The notes: generated by a model from the sequence alone, not told the origin. A stretch of 64,000 nucleotides of DNA from a bacterium (GCA_021802705.1 JAJZRL010000003.1:14142-78141), one strand, 5' to 3'; counted from the stretch's first letter, positions 26,330 to 36,405 are shown. Program-made: numbers and translations.

Positions 26330-28723
26330 ATGCCCTATCCAACCGCCTCCGGCAATCCGACGAAAAAATCCCAAGGTCTCTCCGAGGACGAGGCGGCGCG
26401 TATCCTTGCGCAAGTCGGTCCGAATATCCTGGGTATACGGAAGAAGAGTTCCGTCGCGAAGTTTTTTCATTGGCTCGTTTCCCCCATCCCGCTCATGTTG
26501 ATAGCGGCTTCGACGCTTTCATACGTAAGCGGTCGAAGAGCGGATGGCGGGCTTATACTCTTCCTCCTCCTCGTCAATTACACGGTCCAGCTTTGGCATG
26601 AGCATAAAGCGGATCAGACGGTGGCAAAGCTCGAGAAACATCTCGCGATATTCGCAACCGCACGGCGCGACGGCGCTTGGAAAAAGGTAAGCGCCGCATC
26701 GCTTGTCCCGGGAGACGTCATCGCGCTGCGCGCCGGCTCGCTCATCGGCGCCGACGCGAAGCTTCTCGAAGCCTCAAACCTTTCGGTCAACGAATCGATG
26801 CTGACCGGAGAGTCGTTGCCGAAAGAGAAGCAGACGGGCGATACCGTCTATTCGGCGGCGTTCGTGACGACCGGCTCCGGTGAAGCGCTCGTCACGGCAA
26901 CCGGATCTCGCACCTATTTCGGAAAGGCGGTAAAGACGCTCGAGCTTGCGAAAAAGCGTTCGGCGCTCGAGACCGACATCCTTTCCATCTCAAAAATGCT
27001 CTCCATCTTTGCGCTCGTCGCGATAGCCGTCATGACGATCGTCCTTTCCCTCGACCACGGCGCGCTTATCGATATCATGACGCTCGGCATTTCCCTCCTC
27101 ATCGCGGGCATTCCGGTCGAACTGCCGACGGTCATGTCGCTCATCATAAGCGTCGGGGTTCTCAATCTCGCGAAAAACGGCGCTATCGTGCGCCGTCTCT
27201 CTGCGCTTGAGGATCTCGCGAACGTCAATCTCCTCCTCTCCGACAAGACCGGGACTTTGACTGAAAACAGGATACATATCGCATCCGTCGCCGCTTTCCC
27301 CGGATGGAGCAACGACGAGGCGTTGCGGCTTGCGGCAAGCGCGACTGACGCAGCGGAGTCGAATCCGCTCGAGACGGCTATCCGCGACGCTGCGGCAGTA
27401 CGCCGTTTTGCGCTCTTCCCGCAAATCTCGCTCGTCCCGGGCGATTCGGAGCGGAAGCGCAGTACCACGATCATCGAACGGGGCGGGACGTCGTGGACGG
27501 TCACTCTCGGAGCGCCGGAGACCGTCGCCGCGCTCTGCCGGTTCACCTCGGCGACGAGCGCCTTTTTCGCGACGATGACCGAGGCGGCGGCACGGCGAGG
27601 GGATCGGACGCTCCTTGTCGCCGTCGCGCGCCGGTCGCGCAAAGAACACAACCTCGAACCGGTCGCGCTCCTCTTCCTCGCGGACGCGCTCCGCGCTGAC
27701 GCGCCGCTTACGGTCGAAACGATGCGCAAGGAAGGCATCGAAGTGAAGATGCTCACCGGTGACGGGCTCCTCATCGCGCAGGAGGTCGCGCACACGCTCG
27801 GACTTCACGGCACCGTTTACAGTCGCGGTATCTTCGACGATCCCGCCGCGCTTGCGAAAGCGCTCCCGCACGCGGCAGGTTTCGCCGACGTCGTCCCGAA
27901 CGATAAATACCTCGCGGTCGAAGCGGCGAAAAGATATGCGCGCGTCGCGGTCACCGGGGACGGTGCGAACGACATTCCGTCCGTTTCGGACGCCGACGTC
28001 GGGATCGCTGTCACCAATTCAGTGGATGCGCTGCGCGAGACAGCCGATATCGTGCTCCTCTCGAACGGTCTCTCGGTCATCGGCGCCGCTATCCGCGAAG
28101 CGCGGACCGTCTTCATGCGCCTCTATCACTACTCTCTGTACCGCATATCAGAAAGCGCGCGCGTCATCCTCACCATCGTCATCATCGGCGTCACGGTCGG
28201 GAATTACCCGCTCGCGCCTATCCAGGTACTTCTCCTTGCCTTCCTCAATGACGTCCCCATCATCTCGACCGCATTCGATCGGGTGAAGATTCCGCGCGCT
28301 CCGGCATCGATCAATGCGAAACGCCGCGCGGCATCAAGCCTCACCTTCGGCTTCGTAGGAGTCCTTAACAGCGTTCTTATGTTCTTCCTCGCCTACAGCT
28401 TCCTTCACTTGCCGTGGGCATGGATCCAGACGCTCTTCTTCCTCAAGCTTGTCATATCGGGCCACATGCTCATCTATGTCGCACATACCGAAGACAGCTG
28501 GTTCCGCTGGTTGCCGAGCTGGCAGGTCATCACCGCGGTAACCGCAACGCAGTTCTTCGTAACCCTGTGGGCAGCCGTCGGCTTCTTCACGGCGCCTATA
28601 CCGCTCTGGATCATCGCATTTGTCTGGGTATGGTCGTTCTTCTGGATGCAAATCACTGCGCTCGGCAAGACGATATCGGCCATTCCCTTCGTAAAAAACG
28701 CGCCCGTACTCGTGCGCGCATGA
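26330..28723 (+). CDS. P-type cation-transporting ATPase (P3/H+- or Mg2+-pump-like)
   Basis: DKTGTLT phosphorylation motif, TGES, MLTGDG, VTGDGANDIPS. N-terminus resembles P3A pumps (GLSEDEAARILAQVGPN). Confidence 0.85.
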   Translation: MPYPTASGNPTKKSQGLSEDEAARILAQVGPNILGIRKKSSVAKFFHWLVSPIPLMLIAASTLSYVSGRRADGGLILFLLLVNYTVQLWHEHKADQTVAKLEKHLAIFATARRDGAWKKVSAASLVPGDVIALRAGSLIGADAKLLEASNLSVNESMLTGESLPKEKQTGDTVYSAAFVTTGSGEALVTATGSRTYFGKAVKTLELAKKRSALETDILSISKMLSIFALVAIAVMTIVLSLDHGALIDIMTLGISLLIAGIPVELPTVMSLIISVGVLNLAKNGAIVRRLSALEDLANVNLLLSDKTGTLTENRIHIASVAAFPGWSNDEALRLAASATDAAESNPLETAIRDAAAVRRFALFPQISLVPGDSERKRSTTIIERGGTSWTVTLGAPETVAALCRFTSATSAFFATMTEAAARRGDRTLLVAVARRSRKEHNLEPVALLFLADALRADAPLTVETMRKEGIEVKMLTGDGLLIAQEVAHTLGLHGTVYSRGIFDDPAALAKALPHAAGFADVVPNDKYLAVEAAKRYARVAVTGDGANDIPSVSDADVGIAVTNSVDALRETADIVLLSNGLSVIGAAIREARTVFMRLYHYSLYRISESARVILTIVIIGVTVGNYPLAPIQVLLLAFLNDVPIISTAFDRVKIPRAPASINAKRRAASSLTFGFVGVLNSVLMFFLAYSFLHLPWAWIQTLFFLKLVISGHMLIYVAHTEDSWFRWLPSWQVITAVTATQFFVTLWAAVGFFTAPIPLWIIAFVWVWSFFWMQITALGKTISAIPFVKNAPVLVRA

Positions 28724-28745
28724 GACTCCGCACGGGAAGCAGGAA

Positions 28746-30149
28746 TCAGAGCGTCAAGACAAAGAGCAGATTGGTCGAACCGCCGACACCGAAATTGAGT
28801 CCGGCGGCCACGACGACCCTGTCACCGCGTTTTGCGAAAGCGTTTTCGAGCAGGAAACACGAGACGAAGGTAACGACGTCGTCAATCGTCCTTCCCGCAT
28901 CGGCACGAAACGGGCAGACGCCGCGCACGAGTGCAAGCTGCTTGACGGTTTCTTCGTGCGGCGTAAACGCGACGATCGGGCAGCTCGGCTTGGCGCGCGC
29001 GACCATACGCGCCGTACTTCCCGACTCGGTAAGGGCGACGATGACCGAGGCACTGATGCGTCCGGCGGTCTGCACGACCGACTGGCTGACCGTATCGACG
29101 ATGCTCGCCGAAGCGGACGGCGGTCGCGGCAGACTCGCTTCGACCGTCTCAGCGATGCGAGCCATCATACGGACCGCCTCGACCGGATATTCCCCAAGCG
29201 CGCTCTCTTCGGAGAGCATTACCGCATCCGCCCCGTCAAAAATCGCATTCGCGACGTCCGATACCTCGGCGCGCGTGGGCACCGGGCTGTGCACCATCGA
29301 TTCGAGCATCTGTGTCGCGATAATGACCGGCTTTCCAAGCGTCGTCGCTTCCCGAACGATCTGTTTCTGAAGGAGCGGCACCTGTTCGGTCGGAACTTCT
29401 ATCGCGAGGTCGCCGCGCGCCACCATCACGCCATCGGCAACGGCGAGGATCGCCGACAGGTTCTCGATCGATTCCTGCGTCTCTATCTTTGCGATCACAG
29501 GAGTGGTCTTCCCTGCTTTCTTGAGAAGCTCCTTGAGCGTCTGCACGTCCTCAAAGCGACGGACGAACGAAAGCGCGATGAGATCGACGCCCTCTGCGAG
29601 GCCAAAGGCGAGATCGCGCTCATCTTTCTCCGTCACGGAAGAAATGGAGAGGTTGGCGCCCGGCAGGTTCACGCCGCGCCGCGGCTTAAGCTCGCCGCCG
29701 ACGACGACGCGGCAGTGCACATCAGAATCCGAAACGCGTTCCACGACGAGCTTCTTTTTCCCGTCATCGAGCATGATGACGGACCCTTCCCGAACCTCTT
29801 TCGGCAAGGCGGCATAATTCACGAAGATGCGCTCGGCTGTCCCTGCGACCTCTTCTGTCGTGAGGATGATCTCTTTCCCCGCTTCGATAGTGATGCGTTC
29901 GGTTGTATATTCGCCGGTCCGTATCTTCGGGCCTGAAAGGTCCTGCAGGATAGCGACGGGTAATGCGAGCTTTTGAGCGGTATTGCGGATGGCCGCAATC
30001 TGGGCGCGGTATTCGTCGTGATTGCCGTGGCTCATATTGATCCGCGCGACATTCATGCCCGCGTTCATGAGCGCTTCGAGCGTCTCCGGAGATTCGCTTC
30101 CGGGACCGATAGTAGCCACGATTTTCGTTCTTTTTGCCGGGAGATTCAT
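28746..30149 (-). CDS. pyk: Pyruvate kinase
   Basis: KIVATIGPGSESPETLEALMNAGMNVARINMSHGNHDEY... (canonical PK N-terminus) and a C-terminal PK domain. Confidence 0.9.
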   Translation of the reverse strand: MNLPAKRTKIVATIGPGSESPETLEALMNAGMNVARINMSHGNHDEYRAQIAAIRNTAQKLALPVAILQDLSGPKIRTGEYTTERITIEAGKEIILTTEEVAGTAERIFVNYAALPKEVREGSVIMLDDGKKKLVVERVSDSDVHCRVVVGGELKPRRGVNLPGANLSISSVTEKDERDLAFGLAEGVDLIALSFVRRFEDVQTLKELLKKAGKTTPVIAKIETQESIENLSAILAVADGVMVARGDLAIEVPTEQVPLLQKQIVREATTLGKPVIIATQMLESMVHSPVPTRAEVSDVANAIFDGADAVMLSEESALGEYPVEAVRMMARIAETVEASLPRPPSASASIVDTVSQSVVQTAGRISASVIVALTESGSTARMVARAKPSCPIVAFTPHEETVKQLALVRGVCPFRADAGRTIDDVVTFVSCFLLENAFAKRGDRVVVAAGLNFGVGGSTNLLFVLTL

Positions 30150-30156
30150 TCACTAT

Positions 30157-31875
30157 TCATGCTAGCGCACCCTGCGATAAAGGCAAACCGTCTATGGAAA
30201 AAGCGAGCCGCACAAGCCGTATCGTCTCAAACGAATACCGGCCGGCAAGCGCATGAAAAACCGGCGAGAGTTTCCCTCCGTTCTGAGCGGCGAGCGCCGT
30301 GCGTATCTTCTCGGCCGCCGCTTGGTCCGGCAAGAGATGGAAAAAATCCTTTCGCGAAAGCTTCCCGAGCATCGCCAATTCTTCAAGATGCTTCACGACG
30401 GTCGATGCCGTGAGCAACCGCATTCGAGCGATGCTAGAAAGCGTTTCCCCGTCCCGAACCGCCTGAAGCGTCCGTGCAAGACGGAGAGGGATGGCTGCCG
30501 AATCTCCGGAGAGATTCACGTCTCCGGATGCTGATCCTTCCTCGGACTCCGGGCGCACGATCGCTCCGCCAAGCGATCGCACGAACGCCTCATGCAGCTT
30601 CCGTACTTCCGGCTCCGGCATCTCCGCAAACGTTTCTCGAACCGCCTCCGAAGCGGCGCGGAATTCGCGGTCTTTTTGCAAGATGACCGGATTCACAAGG
30701 AGCGCACGCTCGTTGAGTCCTGCAAGATAGATGCCGGAGAGCCGCCGGACGCGTGAAAGCGCCACGTAGCCCTGTCCGTACTCAAACGCTCTCGAGAGAT
30801 CGATGACCGCCGCATCCATGCTCATCCCTTGGCTCTTATGCACCGTCATCGCATAAGCGAGCCGCAGCGGCACCTGCGTGATGCTTGCACGTATCACCCC
30901 TTGCTCTTCGAGCACCCATTCCATTCTTTCCGCGACGATCTCCGACCCCGTCCTCGTTTCGACGAGAGGAAGCCCTTCCTTGTCGAAGCCGCGCACGGTG
31001 CCAAGCGTCCCGTTGACGAATCTTCCTTGCGGAGAGTTCTTGGTGAACATCACCGCCGCACCCTCCTTAAGTTCGAGATATTCCGGCGAAAGGCAGCCGC
31101 GCTTTAATCCGTTCACAAGCGTCTCCCTGCCTTTCGCGTCCATGAGGAACGCTCGCGGCGTCCCGGGAAGCTTTTCGAGTTCTTGTGCGTTTATGCGGTC
31201 GACGTCCGCGTTATGCGAAAAAAGCTTCGGCAAGTCCGAAGGGAATGCTGCCAAGCTTACGAAACGCGCACGAAGCATCTCCCGATGCGTGTTCCCGACC
31301 GTTCCTGATCGGATAGCGGAAAGTATGTCGAGAAATTCCGCATCATCCTGCCGGTACTGCTCGGTGAGATAACAGGTAAGGAGGTTGAGGTCGCGCCAAA
31401 GCGTCGAGGCGTATGCGAACTCGGTTCCGGCAGCACGCGAGACCGGCGGCAACTGAAAAAAATCGCCGACAAGGATAACGGTGAGTCCGCCGAAAGGACG
31501 GTCATCGCGGCGGATATTCCGGCATATCCTGTCCGCAAGCTCGAATACCGAAGCTGAAAGCATCGAGACCTCCTCTATGATAAGGATGCTTGCCTTCCCT
31601 ACTCGCCGAGCAACAGGCTCCTTGCTTGCGATATGGTCCACATCGACATCCGATAGCGTTTCGGCAACACCGATACCGCTCCACGCATGGAGCGTCATGC
31701 CAGCGACGTGCGTCGCCGCGATACCCGTCGCCGCCGTTACCGACGGCTCTATGCCGGACGCGCGTAACCATCCTATGAACTCGTTTATGACATGCGTTTT
31801 CCCGCTTCCCGGCTCGCCGGTAAGGAAAACGTTCGCTCCTGTTTTGAGGATCGCAAGCGCTTCGCCCTGGGTCAT
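30157..31875 (-). CDS. PIF1/RecD-like superfamily-1 DNA helicase with C-terminal HTH-like domain
   Basis: Walker A TGEPGSGKTH in an AAA_30-type N-domain. LVGDFFQLPPV. UvrD_C_2-like region. 8-nt gap to pyk. Confidence 0.7.
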   Translation of the reverse strand: MTQGEALAILKTGANVFLTGEPGSGKTHVINEFIGWLRASGIEPSVTAATGIAATHVAGMTLHAWSGIGVAETLSDVDVDHIASKEPVARRVGKASILIIEEVSMLSASVFELADRICRNIRRDDRPFGGLTVILVGDFFQLPPVSRAAGTEFAYASTLWRDLNLLTCYLTEQYRQDDAEFLDILSAIRSGTVGNTHREMLRARFVSLAAFPSDLPKLFSHNADVDRINAQELEKLPGTPRAFLMDAKGRETLVNGLKRGCLSPEYLELKEGAAVMFTKNSPQGRFVNGTLGTVRGFDKEGLPLVETRTGSEIVAERMEWVLEEQGVIRASITQVPLRLAYAMTVHKSQGMSMDAAVIDLSRAFEYGQGYVALSRVRRLSGIYLAGLNERALLVNPVILQKDREFRAASEAVRETFAEMPEPEVRKLHEAFVRSLGGAIVRPESEEGSASGDVNLSGDSAAIPLRLARTLQAVRDGETLSSIARMRLLTASTVVKHLEELAMLGKLSRKDFFHLLPDQAAAEKIRTALAAQNGGKLSPVFHALAGRYSFETIRLVRLAFSIDGLPLSQGALA

Positions 31876-31899
31876 CCAGGAACTGTAGCAGATGGCGAG

Positions 31900-32193
31900 C
31901 TAGTCCGGCACGCAAATACCGCCCTTATCCGCAACTCGACCGAGCTTGCAGTGGAATCCGGAAGCGCAGACAGGCGCGTTCCGTATGAATCCGCCGCACG
32001 GCGCCCCTGATCCGCCGCTCACAGGCTGGCGGCTCGGATTCTCGGGTGAACCGGCCGTTTGGAAGAGCGCCATCTCGATATACGTCTGTTCCCAGAGAAC
32101 GCCGAGATCAAAAGCGATGATGAATGTGGCAAAGAAGACGATGACCGCCAGCAGCTTCGAGTACCACGTCACCTTTCTCCACTCGATCTTCAT
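31900..32193 (-). CDS. Small secreted/membrane-anchored Cys-rich protein
   Basis: Internal ATG (MKIEWRKVTWYSKLLAVIVFF...), one TM/signal helix, four Cys at the C-terminus. No RBS seen. Confidence 0.35.
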   Translation of the reverse strand: MKIEWRKVTWYSKLLAVIVFFATFIIAFDLGVLWEQTYIEMALFQTAGSPENPSRQPVSGGSGAPCGGFIRNAPVCASGFHCKLGRVADKGGICVPD

Positions 32194-32203
32194 GTGAACG
32201 ATG

Positions 32204-32470
32204 TTAGGCGCGCTGGGCTCGGTTCCACACGAGCGCGAAAGCATACCCGACAACATACCCGACAAGCGTCGTCACGACAACGAGCGCGGTAGCGGCAGCG
32301 AGATCGAAAGGCTCCGCCGTAAATGGCATGCTGACCATGTGCGCCCAGAGCGCGAACGAGACGAGAGCCGCAGACCACCCGAGTGCAACGAGAACGGACC
32401 AGACAAGATGAAGGCCGCCGACGAATACGCCGAAGACGAGGGCTGTCGTGCGGGGATTGAGATGAGCCAT
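32204..32470 (-). CDS. Small hydrophobic membrane protein (88 aa)
   Basis: Three predicted TM segments. No clear RBS. Confidence 0.35.
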   Translation of the reverse strand: MAHLNPRTTALVFGVFVGGLHLVWSVLVALGWSAALVSFALWAHMVSMPFTAEPFDLAAATALVVVTTLVGYVVGYAFALVWNRAQRA

Positions 32471-32528
32471 GATGATTGGATTATTTCTTATATACTAGCA
32501 CTTTGGTTTTGGTCTCTCTTGCGAGGAG

Positions 32529-33065
32529 TTACCGAATCCCGGTGTCGCAAGAGATGGTAGTCGAGGCGTACCCGTTTGCGGGAACGACGACATTCGTCTC
32601 GACGCATCGCGGGAATACCTTCCCGCCGACCGCCGCAAGGGTATAGGAACCGGGCGGGAGCTTGAATGCGAACGTCCCGTCTTCGTTTGAATTCCCCACG
32701 ATGAACGCTGAGGATGAACCGGCATGATACACGATTATCGCGGTCGCGTACGGCTTATCGGCACATTGCGGCGATGGCGGCTCGCGCATGACGGGACACG
32801 CCGGACCGAGCGAGACACTCCCGCGCACGCCAGAACCGTGCGAGGAGACGGGGCTGTCGCCGGCGGTGCTCGATGCACTCTCTCCCGCGCACGCGGTAAA
32901 TTCACAATGAGGGCCGGTGCGACCGACCGAAGAACCGTCCGGACAGAGTTCTGTGTCCTGCGGGCAGGCGGCATTCGGCGCGCGCGCGATACGCGTGTCC
33001 CACACCACCAAAACGATGATTATCGCCGCCCCAAGCAGCGCGACGGGCCATGCGTATTTCCTCAT
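32529..33065 (-). CDS. Secreted protein with carboxypeptidase-regulatory-like (Cna-B/PEGA-like) beta-sandwich region
   Basis: Signal peptide MRKYAWPVALLGAAIIIVLVVW. Cys pairs. NEDGTFAFKLPPGSYTL. Confidence 0.45.
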   Translation of the reverse strand: MRKYAWPVALLGAAIIIVLVVWDTRIARAPNAACPQDTELCPDGSSVGRTGPHCEFTACAGESASSTAGDSPVSSHGSGVRGSVSLGPACPVMREPPSPQCADKPYATAIIVYHAGSSSAFIVGNSNEDGTFAFKLPPGSYTLAAVGGKVFPRCVETNVVVPANGYASTTISCDTGIR

Positions 33066-33176
33066 GCTCGTAGCATACTCCGTACATTCGTCAGTCCGGC
33101 GGCTTTCCTTGAGACATGTGGAGAACGGGCCGGCAGCGCCCCTTGTCGCGAAATGCTGCTGCTATACTGGGATGTG

Positions 33177-34871
33177 ATGGACAATGCGGCTTCCCTTAAA
33201 AAAGAACTCGAGGACGTTTTGGCGGGCGAGGTATCGGATGACGAGACCGCACTCAAGAAAGCGAGCCGCGACACCTCTCTCTTCGTGCGGATGCCGAAAC
33301 TTGTGGTATGCCCGAAAGACACGGCGGATGTAAGCGTTCTCGTGAAAAAGGTCCGTGCGGCCGCGGATAACGGCGCAAGCATTGCGCTCGCGGCGCGCGC
33401 GGCCGGAACCGATATGTCGGGCGGACCGCTCACCACCGGTATCGTCGTCTCTTTTACCGAGCATATGAATCGCGTGCTCGAGGTTTCCTCCGACTTGGCG
33501 GTGAAACCGCCAAGTGGCTATGCGGTCACCGAACCCGGCGTCTATTACCGCGATTTCGAGAAGGCGACTCTCGAGAAAGGATATCTCCTGCCTTCCTACC
33601 CCGCGAGCCGCGAGCTCGCGGCGATGGGCGGCATCATCGCGAACAATTCCGGCGGCGAGCGAACGCTCGAATACGGCAAGACCGAAAAATATGTCGAGGA
33701 GCTCGATGTCGTTCTTTCGGACGGTTCGACGTGCACGTTCAAAGCGCTCACGCCGGATGAGCTTTCAGGAAAAAAGAAACTCGAGACGCTCGAAGGCGAT
33801 ATTTACCGGAAAATGGACACGCTGCTTAACGAACATGCCGAACTCATCGAAAAGCATCGCCCGAGCGTTTCAAAGAATTCCGCCGGCTATGCGCTCTGGA
33901 GCATACGGGACCGTGCAAAAGGAACCTTCAATCTCGCGAAGCTCATCTGCGGGTCGCAAGGCACGCTCGCGCTCTGGACAAAAGCGAGGCTCTCTCTGGT
34001 AAAACCGAAAGAACATCGGGCGATGCTGGTCATCTTCCTGTACGATCTCTCGCTTCTGCCTGAAATCGTAAAACGCGTCCTTCCCGAAAATCCCGAGTCG
34101 TTCGAGTCGTACGATAATCACACCTTCGAGCTTGCGGTGAGATTCCTTCCGGAAATGCTCATGCAGATGGGTTTTGCAAAAGCGGCCCGGCTCGGCATCG
34201 ACTTCGTCGCCGAAGCGGCCATGGTCGCGACCGGCGGCGTACCGAAAATGATTCTCATGGCCGAATTCGCCGAAGATACGCTCGAAGAAGCGGACCGGAA
34301 AGCGCTTTTGGCGCAGCAATCGCTTGCCGGCCTCCACGTGCAAACAAGGATAGAAAAAAATGAAAAGGAATCCGAGAAATACTGGATCGTACGCCGTGAA
34401 AGCTTCTCGCTTTTGCGGAAGAATCTTCGTGGCATGTACGCCGCGCCCTTTATTGACGATTTTGTCGTCCCTCCCGAACGCTATCCTGAATTCCTCCCGA
34501 AACTGGACGAGCTGCTCGATGAGTACAAATCGCATTTCGTCTATACGATTGCCGGTCACGTCGGCAACGGCAATTTCCATATCATCCCGCTCATGGATCT
34601 CTCCAAAGAAGAGAACAGGAACGTCATCCTTGAGCTTGCGCCGAAAGTCTACGAGCTTGTGATACGCGAGGGCGGCACGACGACCGGCGAGCACAACGAC
34701 GGGATCATACGTACGCCGTATCTTCCGATGCTTTTCGGGAGCGAGATGGTTGCTCTCTTCGCGGAAACGAAGGAGATCTTCGATCCGCAGAATATCTTCA
34801 ATCCCGGCAAGAAGGTGGGCGGCAGCTTCGCCGCGATAAAAGAAGATATGATTACGACGGTAACGCCATAA
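33177..34871 (+). CDS. FAD-linked oxidase (FAD_binding_4 / GlcD-D-lactate-dehydrogenase-like)
   Basis: PCMH FAD-binding domain (...RAAGTDMSGGPLTTGIVVSF...PSGYAVTEPGVYYRDFEKATLEKGYLLPSYPASRELAAMGGIIANNSGG) and C-terminal FAD-oxidase domain. Start placed at MDNAAS; an alternative MLLLYWDV lies 24 nt upstream. The 5' ORF extension to 32724 overlaps minus-strand genes and is rejected. Confidence 0.75.
   Translation: MDNAASLKKELEDVLAGEVSDDETALKKASRDTSLFVRMPKLVVCPKDTADVSVLVKKVRAAADNGASIALAARAAGTDMSGGPLTTGIVVSFTEHMNRVLEVSSDLAVKPPSGYAVTEPGVYYRDFEKATLEKGYLLPSYPASRELAAMGGIIANNSGGERTLEYGKTEKYVEELDVVLSDGSTCTFKALTPDELSGKKKLETLEGDIYRKMDTLLNEHAELIEKHRPSVSKNSAGYALWSIRDRAKGTFNLAKLICGSQGTLALWTKARLSLVKPKEHRAMLVIFLYDLSLLPEIVKRVLPENPESFESYDNHTFELAVRFLPEMLMQMGFAKAARLGIDFVAEAAMVATGGVPKMILMAEFAEDTLEEADRKALLAQQSLAGLHVQTRIEKNEKESEKYWIVRRESFSLLRKNLRGMYAAPFIDDFVVPPERYPEFLPKLDELLDEYKSHFVYTIAGHVGNGNFHIIPLMDLSKEENRNVILELAPKVYELVIREGGTTTGEHNDGIIRTPYLPMLFGSEMVALFAETKEIFDPQNIFNPGKKVGGSFAAIKEDMITTVTP
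33493..33515. repeat. Palindromic hairpin repeat, copy B (ACTTGGCGG-TGAAA-CCGCCAAGT), in-frame inside the FAD-oxidase CDS
   Basis: Same 21-nt core as 1544..1566 and 56034..56072; encodes LAVKPPS within the FAD-binding domain. Confidence 0.7.
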
Positions 34872-34917
34872 CACAGGCGGCTTCCCTGCTCGAAGTTTTT
34901 TTGCTATCCTTGCCGGA

Positions 34918-35010
34918 ATGAAACGCGTTTTCGCCATCATCGTCGTCGCGCTCCTGGCACTCGGCATGATAGGGCTCTTCTTCCCCGCCTTCGTTTCCGG
35001 CACGCGCTAG
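34918..35010 (+). CDS. Possible 30-aa single-TM micropeptide (MKRVFAIIVVALLALGMIGLFFPAFVSGTR)
   Basis: Own translation of an intergenic ATG-to-TAG frame; not in the ORF track. Weak T-run hairpin upstream, no clear RBS. Confidence 0.25.
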   Translation: MKRVFAIIVVALLALGMIGLFFPAFVSGTR

Positions 35011-35167
35011 AATAGGGCTGGCAATCAGCGCTATCCCCACGGCTTATTGTGTTTTTTCGTTATTCCTGTCATAATGTTTCATACTCGCAGAGTATGAGAG
35101 CTTCGCCCTCCTCAAGAGCAAGCAAAGTGTCCAGTTTCAGCGAGATTAATCAGCTAGACGTGTATTC

Positions 35168-35500
35168 ATGGATAACCAACAGCCCGTGCAGAAAAACAAA
35201 CTCTACGTGGGGGGCATACCCTACCGCTCGACAGAAGACGACCTTAAAAAAGCTTTCGGCGAGGCCGGAACAGTCGTTTCTGCAAGCATTATCAGCGATC
35301 GCATGACGGGCCGCTCACGCGGTTTCGGATTCGTCGAGATGGCTTCTGAAGCGGAGGCCCAGGCGGCTATAAGTCGCTGGGACGGCAAAGAGATGGACGG
35401 GCGTACGCTCTCTGTTTCCTTTGCACGCCCGCAGGGAGAACGCCCCGCGCGGCGCGAAGGAGGTTTCGATAGCGGCGATTACAATCGCGGCGGCTACTAG
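35168..35500 (+). CDS. RRM-type RNA-binding protein (glycine-rich Rbp-like)
   Basis: RNP-2 KLYVGGIPY and RNP-1 RGFGFVEM, with a Gly/Arg-rich tail. The 5' UTR carries the palindrome CATACTC-GCA-GAGTATG. Confidence 0.8.
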   Translation: MDNQQPVQKNKLYVGGIPYRSTEDDLKKAFGEAGTVVSASIISDRMTGRSRGFGFVEMASEAEAQAAISRWDGKEMDGRTLSVSFARPQGERPARREGGFDSGDYNRGGY

Positions 35501-35513
35501 TCTTCGAAACAAG

Positions 35514-35567
35514 CAAAGAAAATGCCCGGCATGAAGCCGGGCATTTTCTTTGCTATTTTATTTTTAT
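35514..35567 (+). terminator. Rho-independent terminator
   Basis: 17-bp stem AAAGAAAATGCCCGGC / GCCGGGCATTTTCTTTG followed by CTATTTTATTTTTAT. Confidence 0.8.
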
Positions 35568-35581
35568 GGTAGCGTTCATCA

Positions 35582-36340
35582 ATGACCAGAGATGAGCGGT
35601 GGCTCCTTGAGGAAAAATACGGCGGGAGAGAAACGGCGGGATTTGGAAAGGACAGACGCCGCCTTGAGCGTGGAGAGCCGCTTGCCTATGTCATCGGATG
35701 GCAACCCTTTCTCGGTTTGAATATCCGCCTTGATTCGAAGCCGCTCATCCCTCGCGGGGAAACGGAGTGGTGGGTCGGAGAAATGCTCGCGGAGATCAAG
35801 GAGGGGATGCTAGCGAAAACCGCCTCTGATTTCCATTTTCTCGATCTGTGTGCCGGCTCGGGCGCCATCGGCTGCGCGGCGCTCGCCCGACTGCCGGATA
35901 TCCATGTCTCTTTTGGCGAGAAAGAGTTACGGCACGAAGCGACGATCCGGGAAAACGTGCGTCAAAACGGCCTTGATGCGGCTCGGGCTCATATCCGTAC
36001 CGGCGATCTCTTCGCACCATTCGGCGGCATCCGGTTCGACGCTATCGCCGCGAATCCTCCGTATATTCCGGAAAGCCGCGGGCTCGCGAGATCCGTAGCG
36101 GCATGGGAGCCCGCCGAGGCATTACGGGCGGGTTCCGACGGCCTTGACCTCATTCGCCGCATCGCGAGCGGATTGCCGTCCTACCTTGCCCCAAGAGGCA
36201 TCGCGTGGATCGAATGCGACAGCGCGCACGCGGAAGACGCAAGAAACCTCTTCATCGCAAACGGGCTACACGCCGAAATACACGTCGACCAGTACGGAGC
36301 GAAACGGGTTATAGCCGCATCACGCGCGTCGTCGAACTGA
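35582..36340 (+). CDS. prmC: Release-factor glutamine N5-methyltransferase (HemK/PrmC family)
   Basis: SAM-binding FLDLCAGSGAIG and catalytic NPPY motif (AIAANPPYIP). Confidence 0.8.
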   Translation: MTRDERWLLEEKYGGRETAGFGKDRRRLERGEPLAYVIGWQPFLGLNIRLDSKPLIPRGETEWWVGEMLAEIKEGMLAKTASDFHFLDLCAGSGAIGCAALARLPDIHVSFGEKELRHEATIRENVRQNGLDAARAHIRTGDLFAPFGGIRFDAIAANPPYIPESRGLARSVAAWEPAEALRAGSDGLDLIRRIASGLPSYLAPRGIAWIECDSAHAEDARNLFIANGLHAEIHVDQYGAKRVIAASRASSN

Positions 36341-36405
36341 GCTTTGGGGCGCGTAAGCCGGAGAGGAGGAAGCGCCGAGAAGCGGTATCTGATACAATCG
36401 GAAAT

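Noticed and set aside
26914-27871. Two ~293-aa Arg/Ser-rich minus-strand ORFs inside the P-type ATPase gene (similar shadow ORFs occur inside rpoC, rpoB, smc, rnr and the GH130 genes)
   Set aside because: Low-complexity R/S/A-rich translations antisense to strongly conserved genes. Typical GC-rich shadow ORFs.
32724-33176. 150-aa N-terminal extension of the FAD oxidase ORF
   Set aside because: Overlaps the minus-strand secreted-protein gene. The Arg-rich extension is not part of the FAD_binding_4 fold; the start was moved to 33177 (or 33153).
36205-36405. 67-aa Arg-rich N-terminal extension of hisS
   Set aside because: Overlaps the 3' end of prmC in another frame, and the conserved HisRS N-terminus begins at MAEPVSS.
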